Shown here: positions 1-8,385 of the stretch, in pieces
Layout of the letters: every line of letters begins with the position of its first letter
Numbering within the stretch: position 1 is the stretch's first letter
From: a virus
Taxonomy: Duplodnaviria > Caudoviricetes
Virus record (IMG/VR): IMGVR_UViG_3300031772_004534
Span: 1-24,637 of that record
Length of the DNA stretch: 24,637 nt
Reading direction: 5' to 3' (one strand)
Notes under the pieces: model-generated
Database searches by the model: none
Told to the model about the DNA's origin: nothing
What the model saw: only the letters and a program-made list of their open reading frames with translations
Program-made: the position numbers and the translations under genes

Positions 1-16
1 GGGCGATCGCCATGAT

Positions 17-487
17 TCACTCCAATATCTTCCTGAACGGATCAACGATGACCGGCGTCCCCTTGCGATAAGTCAGGGGCCTCATCTTTATGAAGGCGTT
101 TTCTCGGACTGCATCCGATATCGTGGTCGTTTTAGACCCGCCCCCCGAGGCCCCGATCACGTGCCCATTGTCGACCATGAGCATCACGTGGACCGCATGA
201 CCCTTGTCATCGAGCCAGAATGCCAGGCACCCCGCGTATCCGAGCGTGACAGCGGCTGGTTTGAAAATCGTATAAAGTTCATCGGCCGTATAATCGCGCC
301 CTTGCACCCTGCCGACGGCTTGAAGGACCTCGACGATGAATCCCGAACAGTCGAAGCCTTCCATCGGGTCATCGCCCCCCCATCGATAGGGCGTCCCGAT
401 GAAGTGCTTGGCGTAGTCCACCGCGACGGCGCGGAGGTAGTCGGCCCGGAAAAGGTCGTCTGGCTTCACGCCTTCAGCGTGAGGCAA
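17..487 (-). CDS. NlpC/P60-family cell wall peptidase (probable endolysin)
   Basis: GTPYRWGG...GFDCSGF (catalytic Cys) and HAVHVML (catalytic His) motifs; near a holin-like gene. Start uncertain (TTG 487 or GTG 469). Confidence 0.88.
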   Translation of the reverse strand: MPHAEGVKPDDLFRADYLRAVAVDYAKHFIGTPYRWGGDDPMEGFDCSGFIVEVLQAVGRVQGRDYTADELYTIFKPAAVTLGYAGCLAFWLDDKGHAVHVMLMVDNGHVIGASGGGSKTTTISDAVRENAFIKMRPLTYRKGTPVIVDPFRKILE

Positions 488-503
488 AATAAAAAGTTGT
501 CAA
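476..503 (-). promoter_or_regulatory. possible leftward promoter before the NlpC/P60 gene
   Basis: Perfect TTGACA at 503-498 in an AT-rich intergenic gap, but only a weak -10 (CACGCT at 16-bp spacing). Confidence 0.3.
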
Positions 504-554
504 CGGATTTACATAATTAAGATATTGGTTTCCCCATATAACCGGGAGAAAATA

Positions 555-950
555 TTATTTATCATAAGTCCTTAAATATTGTTCTAAACATTCAAAGCGG
601 TCATAGATCCGGTTCGGCTCACTATCGTTCACGACGAGAACCGCCTTCATCGGATCGACCGCGCGGCCGCACCATGAGCAGGAGACGGGGAAGGGCCACT
701 TCGGCCCCGCCGGCCCCGCGCTCTCCACCGGTCGCTCGATTTTCGCCGGCCGGCCGATCAGTCGCCTTTGTCCTCTTCCCTCGGCATGGACGGGGCACGG
801 GTTCTGGGGGCATTTCGGGAACTCACCTTTCGCCCGCCTCAGCCGGACCTTGCGCGGAAGGCAGAAGTTTTGCCGGCGTCCAGGGCAGAAGGCGCAATCT
901 TTGACCTCAAAGACCTGGTCGCGCCATTCGAGGACCATTCGTTTCTGCAT
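555..950 (-). CDS. Cys-rich hypothetical protein, possible zinc-binding
   Basis: CAFC, CPQNPC and CSWC...FEC motifs; purine-rich RBS (GAAAGGG); co-oriented with the operon. Confidence 0.6.
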   Translation of the reverse strand: MQKRMVLEWRDQVFEVKDCAFCPGRRQNFCLPRKVRLRRAKGEFPKCPQNPCPVHAEGRGQRRLIGRPAKIERPVESAGPAGPKWPFPVSCSWCGRAVDPMKAVLVVNDSEPNRIYDRFECLEQYLRTYDK

Positions 951-998
951 AAGTTTTTCCCTTTCAGCCCCGGAAAGGGGCCCGGTGAAAGGAGGTTG

Positions 999-1023
999 AA
1001 AAGAAAAGCCCGGGCCCCCCGGG
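999..1023 (-). terminator. putative intrinsic terminator after the holin-like gene
   Basis: Minus strand reads CCCGGG-GGG-CCCGGG-C-TTTTCTTTT about 15 nt after the stop codon. Confidence 0.5.
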
Positions 1024-1037
1024 GGATTAATCGTGCT

Positions 1038-1382
1038 TCAGGTCTTCGCCAGACGCGAATCAGCCTTGAATAAGATGCCGACGATCGCCGTCAGGACTGC
1101 AATGATTATCTCCGGCGAGATCGGCATATTCACTCCAGCCGTTCCCAGGGCTCCGACGATGGCGGAGACGATGGTGAGCAAAAATTTCGGGTCCTTGAAC
1201 CGTCCGATCTGCGCTCCGATCTTGGCGATATCGGCCTTAGCCTCGCCAAAGACCCAGACCAGGATTGAGCCAAGAGTGGCCGCAAGGGCGACGGCGTTGA
1301 TGGACAGGCCGAACTCCGAGACCATGATGGCCAGGACCGCGCCGATGATGGCCACAACCACCGCGATTGTCTTCCTGCTCAT
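1038..1382 (-). CDS. holin-like membrane protein (about 4 TM, 114 aa)
   Basis: Start reassigned to ATG 1382 (MSRKTIAVVV) with GAGGAAGG RBS; four hydrophobic segments; SRK...GEAKAD pattern seen in phage holins; upstream extension of the ORF overlaps another gene. Confidence 0.7.
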   Translation of the reverse strand: MSRKTIAVVVAIIGAVLAIMVSEFGLSINAVALAATLGSILVWVFGEAKADIAKIGAQIGRFKDPKFLLTIVSAIVGALGTAGVNMPISPEIIIAVLTAIVGILFKADSRLAKT

Positions 1383-1432
1383 GATGAGCACCTTCCTCGA
1401 ATTTATTCTCTCGCCCGTGGGGGCGTGAGTTG

Positions 1433-1648
1433 CTATTTCGATTTCTTCTTTTTCCCCTTTGCCTTCGGCTCGGCGATCTTCATCGCGTTCGAGAGCATTT
1501 GGCAACGCTCCTCGAGCGCCTTCCTTTCGCTCTCCTTCCGCTCGATCGCCTTGTCGACGGCTTTGATCTCGGCCGAGACAATCCCTTTCTCTGTGGCGAT
1601 CGCGGAGTAGACCTGATCCTCTTTCCCGAATAATTCTTGTTCCTTCAT
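1433..1648 (-). CDS. small coiled-coil hypothetical protein
   Basis: GGAGG RBS; helical charged sequence with Lys-rich tail; tight packing with neighbours. Confidence 0.7.
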   Translation of the reverse strand: MKEQELFGKEDQVYSAIATEKGIVSAEIKAVDKAIERKESERKALEERCQMLSNAMKIAEPKAKGKKKKSK

Positions 1649-1653
1649 TCTGT

Positions 1654-1908
1654 TTAATCCTCCATTTCAAATTCATCCGGCTCTGGCTCCATTTCCGGGT
1701 CCATCTCGACGGCCGGATAGATCGAGCATAGGCAGTTCACCGGTGCCGGCGGTGCGATCCATTGGTCGAGAATTCTTCCGCACCTGATGCAGCCCACGAC
1801 TGTCCAGGAGGTGAGATCGTCACTGATCACATCGGCCGCGCGCCGCTCATGGATTCCCGCGGCGCAAAGGATCCTCCCGATCAATCCCACAACCAGACCC
1901 CCTCCCAC
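1654..1908 (-). CDS. small Cys/His hypothetical phage protein
   Basis: ILCAAGIH...CIRCG pattern typical of small prophage metal-binding proteins; acidic tail; start may be the GTG slightly downstream. Confidence 0.6.
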   Translation of the reverse strand: MGGGLVVGLIGRILCAAGIHERRAADVISDDLTSWTVVGCIRCGRILDQWIAPPAPVNCLCSIYPAVEMDPEMEPEPDEFEMED

Positions 1909-2306
1909 TCGTGGACCCGGTCCCGGGCCGCATCCCTCGGGAATGCCTCGTCCAGCCGCGCCTCCCAGTACCTGACCTCGGACTTGTCATACGCGCCGGC
2001 GTTCATGCGCCTCAGCCAGGCCTTGTACTTTTTCAGGGAGATCCGGCCCGGCGGAAAATCGAAGAATCCGATCATGTCGTCTATCAATTTAGCCCGGATC
2101 TCTTGGTCCTTCTTCACAAGATTCTGCTGGAATGCCTTCTGGTTTTCCCAGTCGCTGTGGAACGCCTCGTCGATCTCCCGGACCTTCTGTCCGAGCTCGC
2201 CCAAGGCGGCCTCATGCAGGAAATGGTCCAGAAGTTTCTCATCCTTTATCAGATCGATGACGACCCGACTCATCTTTACTGTCAGCGCCTTTTTTTCTTC
2301 ACCCAC
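1881..2306 (-). CDS. hypothetical protein
   Basis: 141-aa ORF with protein-like composition overlapping both neighbours in the operon. Confidence 0.7.
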   Translation of the reverse strand: MGEEKKALTVKMSRVVIDLIKDEKLLDHFLHEAALGELGQKVREIDEAFHSDWENQKAFQQNLVKKDQEIRAKLIDDMIGFFDFPPGRISLKKYKAWLRRMNAGAYDKSEVRYWEARLDEAFPRDAARDRVHEWEGVWLWD

Positions 2307-2539
2307 CCCGTCCCCCTTTCCCAGATGTACCCGGCCGCGTCCCTTGACTCTGCGCGGAGCTGGCGCCGACGGCTCGGGAACTTCGCCTCGTTCGCGTAGT
2401 CGAGCCTGAGCTCCCGCAGGATGGCTTCCGCCGTGTCCGGCAGGTCGGTCATGTCCGGCGCTCGCGGCCGGAAGATGCCCGCCATACCATCTAAAAGGGC
2501 GGCCAGGAAGAAGCTCCTCTTCATTGTGTAGTTCTTCAT
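2282..2539 (-). CDS. hypothetical protein
   Basis: ATGA overlap with the radical SAM stop codon. Confidence 0.6.
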   Translation of the reverse strand: MKNYTMKRSFFLAALLDGMAGIFRPRAPDMTDLPDTAEAILRELRLDYANEAKFPSRRRQLRAESRDAAGYIWERGTGWVKKKRR

Positions 2540-3375
2540 GTCAATTGCCCCGTGCTTTCGTTTAGTAAATTTTTCAATTTAAATGCGACGATTTTTGGTC
2601 TACACCATTCCCGTTGGAATTGACGCCAGTCCACGTTCGGCCATCCACTATCGTCGCGGTAAAGCATCGCAAATGGAAGGACGCCTAAAGAAAGAACAAA
2701 TTTCAATCTTTCCTCTGCGGCGGTAAACGTATCTCCGGGATATCCAATCAGAACATAGGCCGATAATGAATGATTCCGGCCAAAACCCGCACCCTTCATC
2801 ATCTTGACCGCTGAATCCAATGACTCTTTTTCGGAAGGTTGATCATAACCAAAATAAATAGATTTGGGATTAAGGCGGACAAGAGATTCGGCAATCCAGG
2901 GTTCCATCCTCGCGGCTTCGAACCCGCCGGAGAAAACCGCTTTTTTGGATTGATGTGAAAGCATTTCAAAGACCGCCTCGATATGCGGCCTTGAGCAAGC
3001 CAGGAGGTTATTGTCCTGGACGTTCCACCCATTGTTTATTGAAAGTTCCCTAATATTTCCCTCTCTTTTTCCGACGTAGCAAAACCAGCATCTGTTCGAA
3101 CAGCCCCTTGACGTGATGACATATCCCTTTTTTAGATATCGACCCGGAACGAAATCCGCCCCAGGATCGTCCAGTGCGGGTCCGCCCAATTTTATGGGCG
3201 CTCTCCACTTCCAACATTCGGCCATTCTTTCCGCCTTTCCTAGGTCATAGGTGAACGCGACGCTGATATGGATCTCGTCACAATTCGGCGTGAATAAGTC
3301 AGGATATCCAATCCGTACCATTCCATCGTCCGGCGTCGCCGCCGTTCTCCTAGGAAAAACTCTTAGAATTTCCAT
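2536..3375 (-). CDS. radical SAM superfamily protein
   Basis: TSRGCSNRCWFC (CxxxCxxC), QDNNLL and AYVLIGYPGDT motifs; visibly lower GC than flanks. Confidence 0.9.
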   Translation of the reverse strand: MEILRVFPRRTAATPDDGMVRIGYPDLFTPNCDEIHISVAFTYDLGKAERMAECWKWRAPIKLGGPALDDPGADFVPGRYLKKGYVITSRGCSNRCWFCYVGKREGNIRELSINNGWNVQDNNLLACSRPHIEAVFEMLSHQSKKAVFSGGFEAARMEPWIAESLVRLNPKSIYFGYDQPSEKESLDSAVKMMKGAGFGRNHSLSAYVLIGYPGDTFTAAEERLKFVLSLGVLPFAMLYRDDSGWPNVDWRQFQREWCRPKIVAFKLKNLLNESTGQLT

Positions 3376-3379
3376 CTGG

Positions 3380-3910
3380 TTAATCTTGTGTGCTCGGCCT
3401 TCCCTGGACCGTCAACATCATCGCCGGGATGACCCCGTCCTTTTCCATTCCCAGTTGACGAGCTGCGGCTCTGGATAAGTCGATATCGCGGTTTGTCCAT
3501 TCTGCGGGGCCTCGATCGGTGACTTCTACCAGCGTCCACGTAGACCTCTTCATGTCCAGGACGAGGACCAGGCTCCCGAATGGAAGTGTGCGATGCGCGG
3601 CCGTGAAGCCGTTCATGTCAAACCGGGACCCCGACGCCATTCGCTTTCCGTGATGAGCGTCCGCGTAGAATGAAGCCAGACCGACCCAGGCGATCATCCT
3701 TTCCTTGCTCTGGCGGTACTGTGCGAGTTCCACCGCCACTTCCGCAAGCGACGCATTGGCCGTCTCAAGTTGGGCCTGAAGGTCTATGATCTCGACATCC
3801 TTATTGGCGGTGGTCACCTTGTGGCCAGCGTATATGCCGAGCGCCAACGCGAGAAGAACGATTAGTGAGAAGCTCATCCAGAGTTTTTGATCCGGTGTGA
3901 TTCGTCTCAT
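3380..3910 (-). CDS. rlpA: RlpA-family (DPBB) lytic transglycosylase with N-terminal TM and coiled coil
   Basis: ASFY...GKRMASG..FDM..FTAAHRTLPFGS...VTDRGP....RDIDLSRAAARQLG is the RlpA signature; N-terminal hydrophobic anchor; no SPOR domain. Confidence 0.9.
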   Translation of the reverse strand: MRRITPDQKLWMSFSLIVLLALALGIYAGHKVTTANKDVEIIDLQAQLETANASLAEVAVELAQYRQSKERMIAWVGLASFYADAHHGKRMASGSRFDMNGFTAAHRTLPFGSLVLVLDMKRSTWTLVEVTDRGPAEWTNRDIDLSRAAARQLGMEKDGVIPAMMLTVQGRPSTQD

Positions 3911-4644
3911 GATTTCCCCTCCTGTGCTTTATGCTTTTCATATTGAGCTTTGAACACGTCTCGACCCGGTAATCCGGCGTCTGGCCGGCTACCTCCTCCT
4001 CCCCCGCTTCCTCCTCGATCCTGTGATCTTGAAAGCCAGTTCGTGATGAAGCGGCGATAGTTCGATTTCTTCCCCTTGGCTCCATTGGCCAGAATCCATT
4101 CGCGCATCTTCGCGAGTTCAATATCGATATCGCAGGCCGGGTATGCCTCCCCCCAGCCGGTCCTGTCTTTCTCGGTGATCCCCTCCCACACCTTAAGATT
4201 TTTATTAAAAGAAAGAGAAGAAGACTTAGACAATACAGATACAGATAAGGCGTCCGCCTTTCCGGACACGCCGTCCGCTTTCGCGGACGCAATGTCCGCG
4301 TTCTTGGACATGACCCTCCTTTTATGCCTGGAAGAAAGGCTGTAAGACTGCCAGTTTTTCACATAATAAATTCCATTCTTCAGCTCTTTTATTTTCCCGT
4401 GCTTGACGCACTTCGAGATCGATCCCTCTAATAATTCGGGGGTCACATTCAGGATTCGGGTTAGATATTCATGAGGATATCCCATCATGGGATTTGCCCT
4501 TATATATCCATCATCTTTCGCTCCCAGGGCCATAAGGTCGATGAAGACCGAGCGCTCTCCGGGCTCAAGCTCGAAGCGCGTTGATCCCATGAGCCACTTG
4601 TCGATCCACAGGGGGATCCAGTCGTATGATTTCCCTCTCTTCAT
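3907..4644 (-). CDS. phage replication initiator / replisome organiser (245 aa)
   Basis: Start reassigned to ATG 4644 (MKRGKSYDWIPLW) with GAAAGGAAG RBS; N-terminal wHTH-like region ending VKNWQSY; C-terminal NYRRFITNWL; iterons in the linker. Confidence 0.8.
   Translation of the reverse strand: MKRGKSYDWIPLWIDKWLMGSTRFELEPGERSVFIDLMALGAKDDGYIRANPMMGYPHEYLTRILNVTPELLEGSISKCVKHGKIKELKNGIYYVKNWQSYSLSSRHKRRVMSKNADIASAKADGVSGKADALSVSVLSKSSSLSFNKNLKVWEGITEKDRTGWGEAYPACDIDIELAKMREWILANGAKGKKSNYRRFITNWLSRSQDRGGSGGGGGSRPDAGLPGRDVFKAQYEKHKAQEGKS
4192..4313. repeat. putative replication origin: three tandem 21-bp iterons plus AT-rich tract
   Basis: Units 4251-4271, 4272-4292 and 4293-4313 each carry GTCC-N8-GGAC dyads; adjacent AT/purine-rich tract about 4192-4248; lambda O-like location inside the initiator gene. 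Confidence 0.75.
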
Positions 4645-4664
4645 AATCTTCCTTTCATTTGGGA

Positions 4665-4717
4665 TCCGGGAGGGAGGGGTCTTTTTCGACCCCTCCGACG
4701 CGCCTCGGACTCCCGGA
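4665..4717 (-). ncRNA. candidate structured cis-regulatory RNA (three-way junction)
   Basis: Perfect stems 4665-4672/4710-4717, 4694-4698/4705-4709 and 4676-4681/4688-4693 fill most of the intergenic gap. Confidence 0.4.
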
Positions 4718-4723
4718 ATGGAT

Positions 4724-5590
4724 TCATGCCTTGTTCCGCTTGCCGATCTCGGCCATCCTCTCCTCGAAGTAGAATTCGACGCCGGGGATCTTGACCTGAT
4801 CCTTGAGCGTGCCGGCGAGGTCATTCAGATAAGTCATACAGGGAGAAACGGCCTCGATCGATACCTGCTCATCAAGGATGGCGCGGAGGAGAAGGCGAAG
4901 GTTCGCTTTGATAGGGTCCATAAAAGGATCATTTATTCGCGCCTTCCAATATCTCCGCATGGTCAGGCCTGTCGTCCTCGGGGCCTCCTGGATGGCCGGC
5001 GCCGGCGGCAGGGCGGACTCGGCCGCGGCCCCCTCGTCGATGGCCAGCGTGGTCTCCTCGTCCGCGGTCCTCCGGCTCTCCTCCGCCCGAATACGGAGCC
5101 TCTCCCGCTCCTCATCGATGCGCTTCAAGGCAGCTTCATCATTGGTCTTTTTCGCAGCCTTCCGATTGATTTCCTCGGCCTCTAATTCGAGCCGCCGGCG
5201 TTCGCGTTCAGCCTTCTCTTCGGCCTCCCTGGCCCTTCGCAGGGTCTCTTCCTCGATGCGCCTACGCTCGTTCTCGATTCTGGCCCGCTCTGCTTCGACT
5301 GCGAGACACTTCCGTGCCTCTTCAGCACGCCACCTGGATATCCTGTCGCTGAGCAGCGAGACGGCCGGCTCTATCTTGCCGAGCTCGGCCTTTTCCTTCT
5401 GGACAACTTCTTGATGCGCGGCCCAGGCCGAATCCTTCATCGGCGCGAAGAATAATTTGATCTTCCTGATCGCGTCCTTACCGGTCAGGATCAGCTCCGT
5501 CGCCCTGCTCGCAGATGCCTGGTCCCTCACCTCGAGGGCCGCGGCCCGGACGACGATGTCCGTTGTTATTTTTTCGATCTCGTAATTCAT
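4724..5590 (-). CDS. coiled-coil phage recombination-module protein
   Basis: Long E/R/A coiled coil with C-terminal RRYWKA...KIPGVEF motif, a pattern common beside phage exonuclease/SSAP genes; ATGA overlap. Confidence 0.7.
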   Translation of the reverse strand: MNYEIEKITTDIVVRAAALEVRDQASASRATELILTGKDAIRKIKLFFAPMKDSAWAAHQEVVQKEKAELGKIEPAVSLLSDRISRWRAEEARKCLAVEAERARIENERRRIEEETLRRAREAEEKAERERRRLELEAEEINRKAAKKTNDEAALKRIDEERERLRIRAEESRRTADEETTLAIDEGAAAESALPPAPAIQEAPRTTGLTMRRYWKARINDPFMDPIKANLRLLLRAILDEQVSIEAVSPCMTYLNDLAGTLKDQVKIPGVEFYFEERMAEIGKRNKA

Positions 5591-6837
5591 GCTTGCGTCC
5601 TTTCAATCGTCGTGATGACGACATCCTGTTTGTGGCCATAGGGCTCCTTGATGTCCTTCGGGATGTCGTAGAAAGTCTTGTGCTGGATCTGCGTCGAAAT
5701 CTCGATGTCGTTCACGATTGCGTTCCAGCCGTGATATCGGCCCGGCTTCTCTCCCGTCCCGATGAGCTTGGTCTTAACCTCCATGTAGGCATCGTGCCAT
5801 TTTTTGAGCTCGAGATAATGCTCAAGCTCGGGAACCTCGCCCTGCTTGATCTCGCGGAACTCCGTCGCCTTGAGCGGCTGGCATAGGTGGTTCCATTCGC
5901 ACATCCCACAGCAACTTGGGTCGTAGGGCATCGGCTCCGGGTAGGTTCCCGCGTCGACGTGCCGGTTCACGTCCTCGATCACACCCAGGTCGTGCTCGGC
6001 CAGGTCTTGGTCAAAAAGCATGGGCAGGATCCGCGGCCGCTTTCCGAACGTCCCGAGGATAAGGAAGCCGGCCGGGGCCTTTAACATGAGGCAGTAAATG
6101 TTTAGCTGGCTCGGGTACTTCCGGATCCACCAGTATCGCGTGCCCCTCACGTCCTCGATCGATTTGAGTTGGTCCCAAAATAGCGGACTGATGCTCTTGA
6201 TCTCGGCGGGAACTTCAGAGACCGCTGAAAAAGGCGCCGGCAGTTGGCGCCTCAGCGGGTTCATAGCGTCGATCCGGCCAGTCGTTTGATATTTGTCGTC
6301 CAATTTGCCCGGGCGCTGCGCCTGCGTGAGCTCCCATCCAGCCTGAGAAAGATATCCTTTCATCCGCCGCTCGACTTCGTTTCCCTCCCGGAAGCGCCAG
6401 AGGGTCTCAATATCGAACGATCTCCGGTCGAGCCCGTTCAATCGCTCGTAAACGATATGCCTTTTGCATGGATGCCCGATCGATGACGCCCAGTTCCGGT
6501 CGCGATGTTCCGTCGGCCCGCGTCTATCGGCCTCGATCTCGGCATCCAGGGCGGCCTCCATCTCCATCGCGACCTCCCGGAGTTCCGCCAGGAGGAAACC
6601 CCCCTCCGTCGCCACGATGCCCGCAGGTTTGATCGCGAGTACGACCTTCGGGGCACAAGGCATCGTTTGAGCCACGCCTTGCGCGAGCATTCCGTGCCAG
6701 TTCTCCGGCTTCGTCAGAATGGGTTCGGCCGGCGGATGTTCAAAGGAAATGCCGGACCGACGGACCGCGACTTTTTCCCGGAGGCGGGCCCTCGCGTCCG
6801 CCTCCCTCTTCAATTGCTCCTTATCGATCTCCTTCAT
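5587..6837 (-). CDS. Cas4-like PD-(D/E)XK exonuclease with predicted Fe-S cluster
   Basis: [25 protein letters not shown] and [10 protein letters not shown] motifs. Confidence 0.85.
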   Translation of the reverse strand: MKEIDKEQLKREADARARLREKVAVRRSGISFEHPPAEPILTKPENWHGMLAQGVAQTMPCAPKVVLAIKPAGIVATEGGFLLAELREVAMEMEAALDAEIEADRRGPTEHRDRNWASSIGHPCKRHIVYERLNGLDRRSFDIETLWRFREGNEVERRMKGYLSQAGWELTQAQRPGKLDDKYQTTGRIDAMNPLRRQLPAPFSAVSEVPAEIKSISPLFWDQLKSIEDVRGTRYWWIRKYPSQLNIYCLMLKAPAGFLILGTFGKRPRILPMLFDQDLAEHDLGVIEDVNRHVDAGTYPEPMPYDPSCCGMCEWNHLCQPLKATEFREIKQGEVPELEHYLELKKWHDAYMEVKTKLIGTGEKPGRYHGWNAIVNDIEISTQIQHKTFYDIPKDIKEPYGHKQDVVITTIERTQA

Positions 6838-7880
6838 GCCTTCCCGCCCTTCGCGGCCTCGGCCCGCCTCTTCTCCCAGTATTCTTCGGGCGGCTCCTGG
6901 TCCTTTGCGGGATTGCCGATCTTCTCAGGCTTTTCGTCGGCGGCGACTTCTTCCAATATTTCCTTTTCCTCTTCCGCCTCCACGTCGACGATGGTCTCCT
7001 TCCGGACCTCGAATTCCTTTGATTCGCCGCCGTCCTCGGCCTGCTTCATGAGGTCCGCCAGGTTCCGCGGGGTGTTGTCGTTTCGCCATCCGTAGACGAC
7101 GACGTTCGCGTATTTGCTGCCCCCCTCGCCAGCCTTCATCACGACCTGCGCCGCGGCGATCGCCGGGTGGTCCTTGAGGACGTTCCGTTCGACGATCGTC
7201 GTTGCCATCCGGTCCCCGAACCGCTGCCTCTGCGTGTGCTCCTCGAGGCAGTCGACGATCGCCTGGTCCTGGTAGTTGACCCAGATCCCGAGCGGCCTCT
7301 CCGTGGGGAAGAATGCCCAGCGGCCTTCGATCGTCGGCTTCTCTTCCGCGATGCCGTAGATGGCGCAGTTCGGGGACTCCTTCTCGTCGGTCGGCACGCG
7401 GTTCCCCTCCGGGTCCTTTTTCCAGACCACCCTTTTCATCTTCGCCTGGATGCTCTGGATGAAGTACGTGTAGACGTTGTAGAAAAGCGTCTTGTCGATG
7501 ACCACGATGTTCCCGGCCGGCGAGTAGCCGATCCCCATCGCCCGGATGTTGACGCTCTCGATCGCCTTCGTCCTCCGGTTCCGCTCAATGTGCGGGTTCG
7601 GCACGGGCTTCCCGTCGACGATGACGGACTGCGGCTTCAGGATCGAAATCGAAGCGACCTTGTTCAGGTGCCAATACCCCGACGCCGTGATGCTCCACTT
7701 GCCCTTCAGGCTGTAGATCTGGCCGTGCTTCTCGTAGAGGGTCATGTCGGCCTTGATCGGCGCCATGACCTGGCCGTCGGGCAGGATCTTGACATAGACC
7801 TTGCCGAAGTCGGCCGCGAGGACGATCTGCTTCCCGTTCGCGCCCGGCGGCGCGGTTTTCGTCAATTTGTCTTCAGTCAT
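6834..7880 (-). CDS. putative single-strand annealing protein (divergent RecT/Red-beta-like)
   Basis: [11 protein letters not shown] and [13 protein letters not shown] resemble RecT/Bet motifs; acidic tail; directly upstream of the exonuclease; AGGAGA RBS. Confidence 0.55.
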   Translation of the reverse strand: MTEDKLTKTAPPGANGKQIVLAADFGKVYVKILPDGQVMAPIKADMTLYEKHGQIYSLKGKWSITASGYWHLNKVASISILKPQSVIVDGKPVPNPHIERNRRTKAIESVNIRAMGIGYSPAGNIVVIDKTLFYNVYTYFIQSIQAKMKRVVWKKDPEGNRVPTDEKESPNCAIYGIAEEKPTIEGRWAFFPTERPLGIWVNYQDQAIVDCLEEHTQRQRFGDRMATTIVERNVLKDHPAIAAAQVVMKAGEGGSKYANVVVYGWRNDNTPRNLADLMKQAEDGGESKEFEVRKETIVDVEAEEEKEILEEVAADEKPEKIGNPAKDQEPPEEYWEKRRAEAAKGGKA

Positions 7881-7896
7881 TGAATCTCCTTTTCTC

Positions 7897-7924
7897 TTGA
7901 CAAGGCCCCGCGCGGTGCTATAAT
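7897..7924 (+). promoter_or_regulatory. consensus sigma70 promoter, antisense to the early operon
   Basis: TTGACA (7897-7902), 16-bp spacer, TGc-TATAAT (7919-7924). Confidence 0.75.
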
Positions 7925-8385
7925 TCGAGCGTCAACTGGCCCGCGGGGGCCGCGGTTCCATTTTTCCCGCCGTCCTCGGTTCCGGGGACGGCCCTGTTTG
8001 CCTCCAGCTTCAATCCTTCGTCATTAACCTCCTTCGAATATTGACAGCGCTCGCAGAGGCTGCCGATCATCGAGTTCTCGCGAATGGCGTTGTGGCATCC
8101 CTCGCAGAGCACGTATGGCGAGTATTCGATGGCATAGCGGATCCCGAACCCGAGGCCGGCAGACTCGACCTTTGGGACGCCGTTCCGCTCGACGCTTTCA
8201 TGGGCGAGGCGCTTCTTCAAGCGCGCATCGCGTTTGGCTTCCCGCTCCACTTTCTTCTGCTGTCGGCGCTCGTCGCGGATCTTCTTATCGCGCTCAATCT
8301 CCGCCTTCTTGCGCTCGCGCTCCAGCTTGCGGGCTGCGCATTCCTGTTCCATAAGGAGGGTCCGGTTAGATTTTTTTCGGCTCAT
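7918..8385 (-). CDS. basic coiled-coil/zinc-finger protein with C-terminal QLTLEL
   Basis: CEGC...CERC motif; ATGA overlap with the upstream gene. Confidence 0.7.
   Translation of the reverse strand: MSRKKSNRTLLMEQECAARKLERERKKAEIERDKKIRDERRQQKKVEREAKRDARLKKRLAHESVERNGVPKVESAGLGFGIRYAIEYSPYVLCEGCHNAIRENSMIGSLCERCQYSKEVNDEGLKLEANRAVPGTEDGGKNGTAAPAGQLTLEL
7931..8000 (+). ncRNA. putative antisense sRNA (about 70 nt)
   Basis: Follows the promoter; hairpins 7934-7957 and 7969-7992 (10 bp incl. one G-U) then CCTGTTT; 3' end uncertain. Confidence 0.45.

Noticed and set aside
1-13. Start of a further minus-strand gene (ATG at 13 with GGAG RBS)
   Set aside because: Only four codons are visible; it cannot be annotated.
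1383-1676. N-terminal extensions in the ORF track (also 4645-4824, 9614-9646, 16625-16747, 18856-19008)
   Set aside because: They overlap upstream genes or promoters; downstream starts have better RBSs, stop/start overlaps or promoter spacing.
5587-6837. Cas4-like gene as evidence of a CRISPR-Cas system
   Set aside because: No repeat-spacer array or other cas genes seen; the context is a phage recombination module.
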